64,000 nucleotides of DNA from Lachnospiraceae bacterium (GCA_009777715.1 WRLH01000017.1:2191-66190), one strand, 5' to 3'; numbered from the stretch's first letter, positions 9,511-18,123 are shown. Notes: generated by a model from the sequence alone, not told the origin. Program-made: numbers and translations.

Positions 9511-9748
9511 CGAGAGTGTCGATTCATCGTCCGACTCGCTTTCGCTCCGAGAGAGACTCCGCGCGTTCGAGAGTGTCGATTCATCGTCCGACTCGCTTTC
9601 GCTCCGAGAGACTCCGCGCGTTCGAGAGTGTCGATTCATCGTCCGACTCGCTTTCGCTCCGAGAGAATCGTTGCGTTACATAAATTCGCAAAGTACGCGA
9701 ATTAAGTAACGACGATTCTCAAGGGTCGGTCTTATGAATCGCACTCTC
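9511..9748. repeat. Mosaic ERIC-like repeat: 55-57 bp unit x3 followed by a long imperfect hairpin centred on TTGCGTTACATAA...TTAAGTAACGA
   Basis: Units start at 9511, 9568 and 9623 (CGAGAGTGTCGATTCATCGTCCGACTCGCTTTCGCTCCGAGAG...). The closing arm GGTCGGTCTTATGAATCGCACTCTC is the imperfect reverse complement of the unit start. Confidence 0.85.
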
Positions 9749-9774
9749 TATCGCACGATGAAGTGTTTGGCTGT

Positions 9775-9799
9775 GTCATTGCGGACTTGTTCCGCAATC
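9775..9799 (-). repeat. REP-like hairpin (GTCATTGCGG-ACTTGTT-CCGCAATC)
   Basis: Member of the GATTGCGG-loop-CCGCAATGAC family, in inverted orientation. Confidence 0.85.
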
Positions 9800-9839
9800 C
9801 CAAAATCAAATCCGCAAAACGCAAAGCCGTAACTGTAAG

Positions 9840-10077
9840 GTACATGAGCAAAAAATTATCCGCGTCCTACCCTTTGAGACAAGAAATCATAAAATGCTCA
9901 ATTGAGTATGCAACAGAGTATATCATTCCAATAAGAATGCTAACATACCAGAGGTGTGTTAGCATTCTTGCCAGCGTTGCTGCCGAGCAACGCTTTTTTT
10001 ATGACCGAAAATTGGGCATTTTGCTTTTGATTTCGCAGTCACATGGTCAGGACGTGGGAATTTATTTGCTCATGTAC
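9840..10077. mobile_element. MITE-like nested palindrome, copy E1 (arms GTACATGAGCAAA...; variable central hairpins)
   Basis: The left arm GTACATGAGCAAAAAATT...CCCTTTGAGACAAGAAATCATAAAATGCTCAATTGAG and the right arm TTATGACCGAAAATTGGGCATTTT...TTTATTTGCTCATGTAC are imperfect inverted repeats. They are homologous to 55801-56041 and 57266-57476. Confidence 0.7.
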
Positions 10078-10098
10078 CCTGCTAACGAAATCTAGCGG

Positions 10099-10156
10099 GA
10101 TTGCGGAACAAATCCGCAATGACAGGCAAAGATTGCGGCGTGGGGGCCGCAATGAC
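10099..10156 (+). repeat. Two tandem REP-like hairpins (10099-10123, 10131-10156) 4 nt past the tyrS stop
   Basis: GATTGCGGAACAAATCCGCAATGAC and GATTGCGGCGTGGGGGCCGCAATGAC. Confidence 0.9.
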
Positions 10157-10159
10157 CCC

Positions 10160-11380
10160 TCACACCACAAACCTCCGGAAATGCTTCTTCCCCCTCTTTA
10201 CTAGCAAGCCCTCACCGCCAAAGCTGGCTTTAGTAAAAGCTTGCTTAAAATCCGTAACCTTTTCATTGTCAATTGAAACCCCGCCCTGCTCGACTGCCCG
10301 GCGGCCTTCGGAGCGGCTTAAAACCAGCTCGCCTTTGGTAAGAAGCGAAACAATATCAATGGCTTCATTTTCAAAATCATCATCAACAAGAACAGTCGTT
10401 GGAATTTCAGTACCGCCGCCCCCGGCAAACAAAGAAAGCGCCCCGGCCTTTGCTTTATCCGCTTCTTCTTTGCCGTGAACCATCTTTGTCACTTCAAAAG
10501 CCAAGATTTCTTTGGCTTCATTTAATCTGCTTCCCTCCCACTTGCTCATTTCCCCGATTTCGGCAAGGGGCAGGAAAGTCATCATTTTAAGGCATTTGAT
10601 GACCTCACTGTCAGCCACATTGCGCCAGTATTGGTAAAATTCAAACGGTGAAGTTTTTTCGGCGTCAATCCATAATGCCCCTTTGACGGTTTTGCCCATT
10701 TTGCTCCCATCTGCGTTAAGTAAAAGGGTATTCGTCAAGGCATAGGCTTTTTTGCCCAGCTTCCGGCGGATTAAATCAGCCCCTGCCAGCAAATTGCTCC
10801 ATTGGTCATCGCCGCCCAGCTGCATATTGCAGCCATATTTTTGGAAAAGCACATAATAATCATAGCTTTGCATAATCATATAGTTAAACTCAAGAAAGCT
10901 TAGGCCTTTTTCCATTCGCTGTTTATAGCATTCCGCCGTCAGCATCCGGTTGACGGAAAAATGGGCTCCCACTTCGCGTAACATATCTACATATTTTAAT
11001 TCGCGCAGCCAGTCAGCATTATTAACGAAGATCGCTTTGCCTTCGCCAAAATCAAGAAAATTTTCCATTTGCCGTTTAAAGCGTTCACCGTTTTCATCAA
11101 TCATGCTAGTCTCAAGCATTGAGCGCATATCTGTTTTTCCGCTTGGGTCGCCGACCATTCCTGTGCCGCCGCCGATTAGGACAATCGGGCGATTACCGGC
11201 CAGCTGCAAGCGTTTCATCATGCAAAAAGCCATGAAATGGCCGATATGGAGCGAGTTGGCAGTCGGGTCAAAGCCCATATAAAAAGTGGCTTTCCCGTTA
11301 TTAATCAGCTCCTTTATTTCCTCTTCATCGTTAAGCTGGGCAATCAAGCCCCGCGCTTTTAATTCTTCAAATAACTGCAT
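10160..11380 (-). CDS. tyrS: Tyrosine--tRNA ligase
   Basis: 406 aa. Has the class I HIGH motif (SLHIGHF), a KMGKT (KMSKS) motif and a C-terminal S4-like domain. AGGAGG lies 5 nt before the ATG. Confidence 0.95.
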   Translation of the reverse strand: MQLFEELKARGLIAQLNDEEEIKELINNGKATFYMGFDPTANSLHIGHFMAFCMMKRLQLAGNRPIVLIGGGTGMVGDPSGKTDMRSMLETSMIDENGERFKRQMENFLDFGEGKAIFVNNADWLRELKYVDMLREVGAHFSVNRMLTAECYKQRMEKGLSFLEFNYMIMQSYDYYVLFQKYGCNMQLGGDDQWSNLLAGADLIRRKLGKKAYALTNTLLLNADGSKMGKTVKGALWIDAEKTSPFEFYQYWRNVADSEVIKCLKMMTFLPLAEIGEMSKWEGSRLNEAKEILAFEVTKMVHGKEEADKAKAGALSLFAGGGGTEIPTTVLVDDDFENEAIDIVSLLTKGELVLSRSEGRRAVEQGGVSIDNEKVTDFKQAFTKASFGGEGLLVKRGKKHFRRFVV

Positions 11381-11444
11381 TTTTTCCTCCTAAAATAGTT
11401 TATGACAGCATTGCCTCAATTAAGCTTACCCATAACATATATAT

Positions 11445-11520
11445 CAAAAAACTTTAATTTCCACACTAAACTCAAAAAACTTTAGTTTTTTATAGAAAGT
11501 GGAAATTTAATTTCCACACT
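11445..11520. repeat. Terminator-like palindromic module (AAAAAACTTTAGTTTTTT + AGTGGAAATTTAATTTCCACACT), copy A, with a partial extra half
   Basis: The same module is seen at 45006-45068 and 55942-55990. It abuts the stop codon of the VWA gene. Confidence 0.8.
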
Positions 11521-11521
11521 A

Positions 11522-12724
11522 TCACTTTCTTAACATCAGCTCGTCCATGGCTTTTTTTAGGCCCGCAACGGTTAATTTGTACATCGGTAAGAGATTTTTA
11601 ACCGCCGTTTCCGCCTCGCGCCAAGGGGCATGGCCGGGTGCCATCTTTGGGTTAAGCCAGACAATCTTTCGGTAATTTTGCTTCAAAAGCTTTAGCCACA
11701 TGAATCCGGACAGGCCGCCGTTTGGCCCGCGGTAATTGCCGCTTTCGGAATAAAGCTCCTCCGGTGCCATCGCCGCGTCACCAACAATAATGACCTTGTA
11801 ATCACTTTCGAGGTTGCGAAACAGCCATTCTGTTTCGATCCAATCGCCGTTTTCGCATTCAGGAGTTTTATAAAGATGGGAATAAATGCAATTATGGAAA
11901 TAATAACACTTTACATCTTTATAATGATTCGCTTTATGGACCGATTGGAAAAGTTCATTTAAAAGTGATGTATAAGGTATCATTGTACCGCCTGAATCCA
12001 TTAAAAGCAAGAGCTTGACGGCATTTTTCCGCGGTTTTTCCATGACAATTTGCAAAAAGCCGCCATTAGTGCAGGTTTTATCGATTGTGCCGTTAATATC
12101 AAGCTCTGTTCTCGGAATGTCAAGCCGCGTTGAAAACTGCCGTAACTTCCTTAATGCCAATTGAAACTGCCGATTGTCAATAATCCGGTCGTCCCGGAAA
12201 TCCTTGTATTTGCGTTCACCCAAAACGGCAAAAGCAGATTGATGGCCAGACATTCCGCCAATGCGGATTCCGCCAAGGTTTGCCCCGGTGTTGCCAAATG
12301 AGGTCTTACCCATTGTGCCAATCCAGTAATTTCCGCCATTATGCTCGCTATCCTGCTCTTTTTTTCGCTCGTTTAACTTCGCTTCTATTTCATCTTTTGA
12401 CAAAGCTGGTTCTTCTTCCCGGTTTAACATACTGCGCAAATCTTCATTGACCAAGTCGGTCAATTCCTCTTTGTTAAGCCAGCGGAGCATTTCTTTGGAA
12501 ATGATGTCATTAGAATTAATGCCCTTAAAGCATTCATCAAAAGCAAGGTCAAACTTGTCATAGTCTGTTTCATTTTTGACAAGGACGGCGCGGGCAACAT
12601 AATAAAAGGCGGCCAGGCTGTTCTTGGCCAAATCCTTATTAAGCGCGTCTTGCAAGGTGAGCCATTCATTAAGGCTTATCTTTAAACCTTTGGCTTTTAA
12701 GGCATAAAAAAAATCAATGAACAT
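11522..12724 (-). CDS. VWA domain-containing protein (CoxE-like partner of a MoxR-class ATPase)
   Basis: 400 aa. The N-terminus MFIDFFYALKAKGLKISLNEWLTLQDAL and the C-terminal LLLMDSGGTM / IIVGDA pattern (VWA MIDAS-like) fit this family. It overlaps the upstream ATPase gene by 11 nt. Confidence 0.7.
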   Translation of the reverse strand: MFIDFFYALKAKGLKISLNEWLTLQDALNKDLAKNSLAAFYYVARAVLVKNETDYDKFDLAFDECFKGINSNDIISKEMLRWLNKEELTDLVNEDLRSMLNREEEPALSKDEIEAKLNERKKEQDSEHNGGNYWIGTMGKTSFGNTGANLGGIRIGGMSGHQSAFAVLGERKYKDFRDDRIIDNRQFQLALRKLRQFSTRLDIPRTELDINGTIDKTCTNGGFLQIVMEKPRKNAVKLLLLMDSGGTMIPYTSLLNELFQSVHKANHYKDVKCYYFHNCIYSHLYKTPECENGDWIETEWLFRNLESDYKVIIVGDAAMAPEELYSESGNYRGPNGGLSGFMWLKLLKQNYRKIVWLNPKMAPGHAPWREAETAVKNLLPMYKLTVAGLKKAMDELMLRK

Positions 12725-13532
12725 TCTTTATCACGTCCAAATCTTCATCTTTTTTGATGATTACGCCAATAAAAGGCAAGCTCTTTTTAAGTTGTTCCGC
12801 GCTTATTCCGCCAATTTGCAGGGCTTTTATCCAATCAATCAGTTCCGATGTGCTTGGCTTTTTACGCAGGTCACGAAGTGAGCGGATTTCATAAAAACGA
12901 TCCATTGCGCTTTTTAGCAGATTTTCCTCAACATCGGGATAATGGGTGCGGACGATTTTTTCCATCAAACCTGCATCAGGAAAATCAATATAATGGAAAA
13001 CCAAACGGCGCAGAAATGCGTCCGGCAATTCTTTTTCGGCATTTGAAGTAATAATTACAATCGGCCGTTGCTTTGCCTTGACCAAACTCTTTGTTTCATG
13101 GATATAAAATTCCATCTGGTCAAGCTCCCACAATAAATCATTGGGAAACTCAAGGTCGGCTTTGTCAATTTCATCAATCAAAAGGACAACCTGCTCTTCG
13201 GCTCTAAAGGCTTCGCCTAATTTACCCAAGGTAATATACCTCGCGATGTCGGAAACCCCTTCTTCGCCAAACTGGCCGTCATAAAGGCGGCGGATCGTAT
13301 CATAAGCATAAAGGCCTTCCTGGGCCTTAGTTGTTGATTTGATATTCCAAATAATCAGCTTTTTGTTAAGAGACTCGGCAACCGAAGCAGCAAGGCGCGT
13401 TTTCCCCGTGCCGGGTTCACCCTTAATTAACAAAGGTTTGCCCAGCGAAACCGCAACATTAACGGAAAGCTTTAGCTCCTCGGAAGCTACATAATCATCA
13501 GTGCCTGTAAAAATGCTCATGCTTATATCCAT
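12714..13532 (-). CDS. MoxR/CoxD-like AAA+ ATPase
   Basis: Walker A GEPGTGKT and Walker B LLIDEIDKA. The track ORF extends to 13619, but that N-terminus looks non-coding. ATG 13532 (MDISMSIF...) or ATG 13520 is more plausible, so the start is uncertain. Confidence 0.8.
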   Translation of the reverse strand: MDISMSIFTGTDDYVASEELKLSVNVAVSLGKPLLIKGEPGTGKTRLAASVAESLNKKLIIWNIKSTTKAQEGLYAYDTIRRLYDGQFGEEGVSDIARYITLGKLGEAFRAEEQVVLLIDEIDKADLEFPNDLLWELDQMEFYIHETKSLVKAKQRPIVIITSNAEKELPDAFLRRLVFHYIDFPDAGLMEKIVRTHYPDVEENLLKSAMDRFYEIRSLRDLRKKPSTSELIDWIKALQIGGISAEQLKKSLPFIGVIIKKDEDLDVIKNVH

Positions 13533-13634
13533 GTTCCTTTCTATAAAGTACGCTGTTATGTTAACCATCCACAAGAATCGTACACCAAAGCTGTGTTTCG
13601 TTTCTTGCCCCATCAGCAAAGCTTCCGTTTTTTC

Positions 13635-14204
13635 TCACACATCTAACTGCAACATTACTTCATTTTCGGCCTGCATTTTAAATTCTTCAATTTGGACCGG
13701 GTTCATCTGCGGCAAATCAGCCAAAGACTTAACCCCAAAGCAGCGCAAAAATTCCTCGGTCGTGCCAAATAACAGCGGACGGCCCGGCGCGTCTAGGCGG
13801 CCAAGTTCAGTTACTAAATCAAATTCAAGCAAGCGGTTAACGGCATGGTCACAGCTGACCCCGCGGATTTTTTCTATTTCGAGCCGCGTAATCGGCTGTT
13901 TGTAAGCAATAATTGAAAGTGTTTCCAAAACCGTTTCGCTCAAAACATATTTTCGCGGAGTTTTGGCTATTTTGATCAAATACTCATACATATCGCCGCG
14001 GGTACACATCTGGAAAGAATCTTCAAGCTCCAAAAGCGCCATGCCCCTAAAATCCTTTTCGTATTCGCTCTTCATTTCCAGAAGCATTTCATGCGTTGCC
14101 GCTTTTTCTTCTTCTATTACTGCCGCCAGCCTTTCGATTTCGACTGAATCACCCATCGTAAAAAGGATGGCTTCCAAGATGGCTTTTTTTTCTTTTCTTT
14201 CCAT
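13635..14204 (-). CDS. scpB: Segregation and condensation protein B
   Basis: 189 aa. ILEAILFTMGDSV..., and it lies immediately downstream of scpA. Confidence 0.9.
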   Translation of the reverse strand: MERKEKKAILEAILFTMGDSVEIERLAAVIEEEKAATHEMLLEMKSEYEKDFRGMALLELEDSFQMCTRGDMYEYLIKIAKTPRKYVLSETVLETLSIIAYKQPITRLEIEKIRGVSCDHAVNRLLEFDLVTELGRLDAPGRPLLFGTTEEFLRCFGVKSLADLPQMNPVQIEEFKMQAENEVMLQLDV

Positions 14205-14210
14205 GTTAAA

Positions 14211-15095
14211 CTATCTTTCCTCCAGCGTTTGCGTCTGCACTTGCGTCTGCACTTGCGTCTGCACTTGCGTCTGCACTTGCGTCTGCACTTGCTTTTTATC
14301 TTGCGCCAGCCCCTGCGTCTGCCCTTGCGCCAGCCCATGCGCTTGCTTTTTTGCTTTTGCCTGTTCAATAATTATGTCATCTTTAATATCATTTTGATAG
14401 ATAATGACCCGCCCCAGCTTCATTAACTCAAGCACGACAAGAAAGGTAACAATGATTTCCATTTTGCTTTGGCCTTGGGAAAGCAAGGCGGTAAAGCTAA
14501 AACGCTTGTGCTTTTCTAAATAAGCTTCAACAAACAGCATTTTTTGCTCAACGTTGATTTCGTCTTTTTCGACCTCGCTAAAAGTAGAACGGATGGGGTC
14601 AATTTTGTCAACTTGACGCTTTAGCATGGTTTTAAATATCTCATGAAGCTTTTGTAAATCCGCGTCCCCGAGCAAATCTTCATAATCAAACGGCTGGCGG
14701 TAATTCTTAACTTCATCGGGCAGTGACTGGGGTTTGAATAAATTGCGGCGGGCGTCAACTTGGCGGTCTTTTAACTCGGCGGACATATATTTGTACATTT
14801 TGTACTCAAGGAGCTTTTGGACTAGCTCGGCCCTGGGGTCTTCCTCTTCGCCATCTTCATTTTCGGCAGGGGGCAGGAGCATCCGGCATTTGATGTCAAG
14901 CAAGGTCGCGGCAATAACGAGAAATTCACTCATTAAATTCATGTCCTCGCTTTCAAGATGGCGGATATATTCCAAATATTGTTCGGTAATCAAAACGATG
15001 GGGATATCGTAGATATCGACTTTATTTTTTTCTATCAGGTGCAAAAGCAAGTCAAGAGGGCCTTCAAAAACCTGTAATTTCACTTGTAAGGGCAT
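14211..15095 (-). CDS. scpA: Segregation and condensation protein A (kleisin) with an unusual repetitive C-terminal tail
   Basis: 294 aa. The N-terminus LQVFEGPLDLLLHLIEKNKVDIYDIPI is typical of ScpA. The C-terminus carries (QVQT)n encoded by a 12-bp repeat. Confidence 0.9.
   Translation of the reverse strand: MPLQVKLQVFEGPLDLLLHLIEKNKVDIYDIPIVLITEQYLEYIRHLESEDMNLMSEFLVIAATLLDIKCRMLLPPAENEDGEEEDPRAELVQKLLEYKMYKYMSAELKDRQVDARRNLFKPQSLPDEVKNYRQPFDYEDLLGDADLQKLHEIFKTMLKRQVDKIDPIRSTFSEVEKDEINVEQKMLFVEAYLEKHKRFSFTALLSQGQSKMEIIVTFLVVLELMKLGRVIIYQNDIKDDIIIEQAKAKKQAHGLAQGQTQGLAQDKKQVQTQVQTQVQTQVQTQVQTQTLEER
14229..14292 (-). repeat. In-frame 12-bp tandem repeat x5 (TTGCGTCTGCAC) at the 3' end of scpA
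   Basis: I counted five perfect units at 14229-14288 plus a partial unit. It encodes QVQTQVQTQVQTQVQTQVQT. Confidence 0.9.
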
Positions 15096-15102
15096 ATTAT
15101 GT

Positions 15103-15209
15103 TAACTCCAAATTCCACTTGTTGACAGCGTTTTTTTAACTTCAAATTCCGCTTGCTTACGGCGGATAATTTTTCAACTCCAAAATTCCGCTTGTTTACG
15201 GCGGATAAA
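15103..15209. repeat. Three direct ~36-bp repeats filling the deoC-scpA intergenic region
   Basis: (T/C)AACT(C/T)CAAA(A)TTCC(A/G)CTTG(T/C)T(G/T)AC(A/G)GCG(GATAA), beginning near 15103, 15136 and 15175. Each contains a short CCGC...GCGG hairpin on the coding strand. Confidence 0.75.
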
Positions 15210-15210
15210 T

Positions 15211-15846
15211 TTAACTCACGATTTCAACTGTCCGGCTTGTCCCTAAGCGGGTCGCCCCGGCCTTTACCATCTTTTCTGCGTCTTTTTTGGTTCTGATACC
15301 GCCGGAGGCTTTAATGCCAAGGCGGCCGCCAATTTCTTCGTGCATTAAAGCGATATCGTCAGCCGTTGCCCCGCCGCTCGAAAAGCCCGTTGATGTTTTG
15401 ACAAAATCAGCACCCGCTTCCAAAACCAAACGGCAAGCAATCCGTTTCTCCTCGTCTGTAAGAAGGCAAGTTTCGATAATAACCTTTAATAGGGCGTTCC
15501 CGCAAGCTTCTTTAACGCTTTTTATTTCTTCACGGACAAAATGATAGTTTTTGTCTTTTAATGCGCCGACATTTATTACCATGTCGATTTCGTCCGCTCC
15601 GTCAATGACGGCCAGTTTTGTTTCTTCGTATTTCGCGGCCGTATTCATCTGCCCTAACGGAAAACCAATCACCGAACAGGCCTTTACGCTGCTGTCCTTT
15701 AGCTTTTCTTTTACAAAGGCGGTATAAAACCCATTAACACAAACGGACATAAAACCGTATTTCAAAGCTTCGGTGCAAATTTGGGTCACCGCTTCTAAGG
15801 TGGCATTGGGGTTAAGAATGGTGTGGTCAAATAGTTTGGGGTCCAT
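15211..15846 (-). CDS. deoC: Deoxyribose-phosphate aldolase
   Basis: 211 aa. The catalytic-lysine region is DFVKTSTGFSSGGAT, followed by IKASGGIRT. Confidence 0.92.
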   Translation of the reverse strand: MDPKLFDHTILNPNATLEAVTQICTEALKYGFMSVCVNGFYTAFVKEKLKDSSVKACSVIGFPLGQMNTAAKYEETKLAVIDGADEIDMVINVGALKDKNYHFVREEIKSVKEACGNALLKVIIETCLLTDEEKRIACRLVLEAGADFVKTSTGFSSGGATADDIALMHEEIGGRLGIKASGGIRTKKDAEKMVKAGATRLGTSRTVEIVS

Positions 15847-15961
15847 AGGGGTTAATTCCTTTCAGATATTTCATGCTCCCATAATTTCGCCGAGAGCTGC
15901 CAGCACGAATGAGACACTACGGATTGCTCCGCATTTCATGCTCCGTAATTTTACGGGTTTT

Positions 15962-16867
15962 CTAGTGTCTCATATGTATGACAACCAGCTCGCCGGGGTT
16001 AAAGAGCCTTAGCGGTAATATATGCGAGCCAAGCCCCCGGCTGACGATCATGGTTGATTTCTTGTCGGTAAATAAACCGCCGTCATATCTGGGGAAAAGG
16101 CGGTAACGCGGTGAAATTAGCCCGCCAACCAAAGGAAGCTTGACGATTCCGCCATGCAAATGGCCGGAAACAACCAAATCAGCCCCCCAATCAGCATAAA
16201 CAGGGAAGTATTCCGGATTGTGGGCAATGACAAGGTTGACGGCATCCGGGTTCGGTTCGCCGATTTTTTCATCTAGATACTCAACCGTCAATTCATTTTT
16301 ACCAAATCTTTTGTAAAAATCCCAGTCAAGCTCCAGCCCATATAAATTGAGGTTCAAGCCGGAAAGATATTCTTTTTCATTTAAAAGCCGCCTGACCGGA
16401 AGCTCGGCCACTGCCTTTTCGTATTCGATGGCCCGCGGCACATGATCCTTTTCCGCGAGGACAGTCAAGTTGGTTTCATGGTTGCCGTTCCCGTAATAAA
16501 CAGGATATTTTGAAGATAATAAGCGCAAAAATTCATAAGCCGGGGTATTGTCGCCTTTTCCGGCGGTAATCATGTCTCCGGCAATGATAATGAGATCCGG
16601 CGCAATCAAATCAATGGCATTCCACAAAACTTGATTATTCCTGCCAAACTGCTTGTTATGCAAATCGGTAATCAATAACAGCTTGGCATTTTTGGAAAGC
16701 CCGGTTGCGCAATAATAATACTCGCGCAGAATGAAGCGGTTAACATCGCGGACACCGACAATAATAAGCCAAATGACAATAAAAGCAATAACAGCAACGA
16801 TAATCTCTGCCGTCATATCCGCAATTTTTATTTTGGGAAAATTAAGTGTTTCCAAAATCTGCTCCAT
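15962..16867 (-). CDS. Membrane-anchored metallophosphoesterase (calcineurin-like)
   Basis: 301 aa with an N-terminal TM helix. Motifs are DLH, GDMI, GNGNHE, AHNP and SGHLHGG. Confidence 0.8.
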   Translation of the reverse strand: MEQILETLNFPKIKIADMTAEIIVAVIAFIVIWLIIVGVRDVNRFILREYYYCATGLSKNAKLLLITDLHNKQFGRNNQVLWNAIDLIAPDLIIIAGDMITAGKGDNTPAYEFLRLLSSKYPVYYGNGNHETNLTVLAEKDHVPRAIEYEKAVAELPVRRLLNEKEYLSGLNLNLYGLELDWDFYKRFGKNELTVEYLDEKIGEPNPDAVNLVIAHNPEYFPVYADWGADLVVSGHLHGGIVKLPLVGGLISPRYRLFPRYDGGLFTDKKSTMIVSRGLGSHILPLRLFNPGELVVIHMRH

Positions 16868-16932
16868 AAATGACTCCTATGATTGATATACATATAGAGT
16901 AACCTATTTTTCCGATTTCGACAAGTCTTTTG

Positions 16933-18123
16933 TCACACCAGCAATAATTTAAACGCCTTATGCAAATAATCAAAATAACCCGCTTTTTCTACTGTCATGG
17001 CGGAAAAAATCGAAACGCTGCCAACCCGCTCCCCATTTAGGCGGTAAACCGCTTCACCAATCGCGTCACCTTTATTGACTGGTGCAGTCAATTTTTCCGG
17101 CAGGTTAATGACTTTTTCAATTTGCGCTAAATCACTCCCTTTAATATCAAGATACTTAAACGGCCCTTGGTACTCAATCGCCACATAATCCAGAACACTT
17201 CCGCTAATGGGCAACTCCGGTAAAATATCTTCGTTTTTATCCTCGAATAATTGCGAAACCGTATAACCGTAATTTAGTAAAGCCATCGCTTCTTCAAAGC
17301 GCGTTTTTCCGCTTGGGGCAGCCATGATGACGGCTATTAAATCAATCCCATCACGGCTTGCGGTCGCCGAAAGGCAAAATTTTGCCTTAGATGTTGACCC
17401 TGTTTTAAGGCCTGTCGTCCATTCATACATACGCAAAAGCTTATTGGTGCTTGACAAAGTAAAGACCGATGAGCCTTGGGCAGTATTGTGGACGATGTCT
17501 TCCATCCAAATTTGGGTATATTCAAGCACCTCCGGATATTTTGTCACTAACTCACGGGAAAGGGTGGCGATATCCTTGGCGCTCATATAATGCTCGTCGT
17601 CGTCAGTAAGCCCGCTGCAATCAGTAAAATTGGTGTCCCTCATTCCAAGTTCCCTTGCCCGCTCATTCATCAGCTTGACAAACTCCGCCTCACTTCCGGC
17701 GATATGTTCAGCAACTGCAACACTGGCGTCATTTCCGGAAGCAACCGCAATGCACTTTATCAAAGTCTCAAGCGTCTGGATTTCCCCCTCTTCTAGAAAA
17801 ACCTGTGAGCCGCCCATTGATTTGGCATAAGCACTAGTGATAATCTCATGCTCAAGCTTTACCCGCCCTTTTTCAATAAAATCAAAAATAAGCAGCAGCG
17901 TCATGACTTTGGTAACGCTGGCCGGGGCTAATCGTTCATTGGCGTTTGATTCGGCAATGACCTGGCCTGTTTGCGCTTCAATCAGGATATATGAGGGGGT
18001 CTCTTTTATTGGTGCTTCGGCATATGAGGGAAAAGCGGGGGTCAAAATCAAGGTCAAGCTAAGGAAAACTAAGACAGCTTTCCGCAAAAATAATCTTACC
18101 GTTTTTGATTTAGGCATAGACAA
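16933..18123 (-). CDS. D-alanyl-D-alanine carboxypeptidase (S11 penicillin-binding protein)
   Basis: 396 aa. Has a signal peptide, SVTK (SxxK), SGND (SxN), KTGST (KTG) and a C-terminal PBP5-like domain. Confidence 0.88.
   Translation of the reverse strand: MSMPKSKTVRLFLRKAVLVFLSLTLILTPAFPSYAEAPIKETPSYILIEAQTGQVIAESNANERLAPASVTKVMTLLLIFDFIEKGRVKLEHEIITSAYAKSMGGSQVFLEEGEIQTLETLIKCIAVASGNDASVAVAEHIAGSEAEFVKLMNERARELGMRDTNFTDCSGLTDDDEHYMSAKDIATLSRELVTKYPEVLEYTQIWMEDIVHNTAQGSSVFTLSSTNKLLRMYEWTTGLKTGSTSKAKFCLSATASRDGIDLIAVIMAAPSGKTRFEEAMALLNYGYTVSQLFEDKNEDILPELPISGSVLDYVAIEYQGPFKYLDIKGSDLAQIEKVINLPEKLTAPVNKGDAIGEAVYRLNGERVGSVSIFSAMTVEKAGYFDYLHKAFKLLLV

Noticed and set aside
9511-9680. Tandem 45-84 bp units here and at 19782-20001, 22692-22790 and 23147-23344 looked superficially like CRISPR arrays.
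   Set aside because: The units are contiguous whole-unit duplications with no unique spacers between conserved repeats. Unit lengths do not fit repeat-plus-spacer periodicity with a conserved 24-37 nt core. No cas genes are in the window, and the units belong to a palindromic mosaic family.
9438-9705. Track ORFs lying wholly in repeat DNA: 9438-9683, 9496-9705, 9763-10095, 10101-10478, 19671-20360, 19700-19927, 19726-19938, 22608-22805, 22651-22866, 23087-23317, 23113-23508, 56088-56276, 57503-57688, 57540-57779, 57625-57822 and 63389-63574.
   Set aside because: Their translations are periodic or low-complexity read-outs of the repeat units. They lack ribosome-binding sites, overlap one another in several frames and often run into real genes on the opposite strand.
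11522-13532. The MoxR-type AAA+ ATPase / VWA pair as a novel defence-like module.
   Set aside because: This two-gene pairing (CoxD/CoxE-like, overlapping genes) is a widespread, long-known chaperone-type module. It sits here within a housekeeping block with no mobile-element or island signatures.
14117-14368. An 83-aa ORF rich in RRKC repeats, and ORF 14229-14426.
   Set aside because: These are alternative-frame or antisense readings of the 12-bp scpA repeat. The scpA frame is the one continuous with a recognisable protein.
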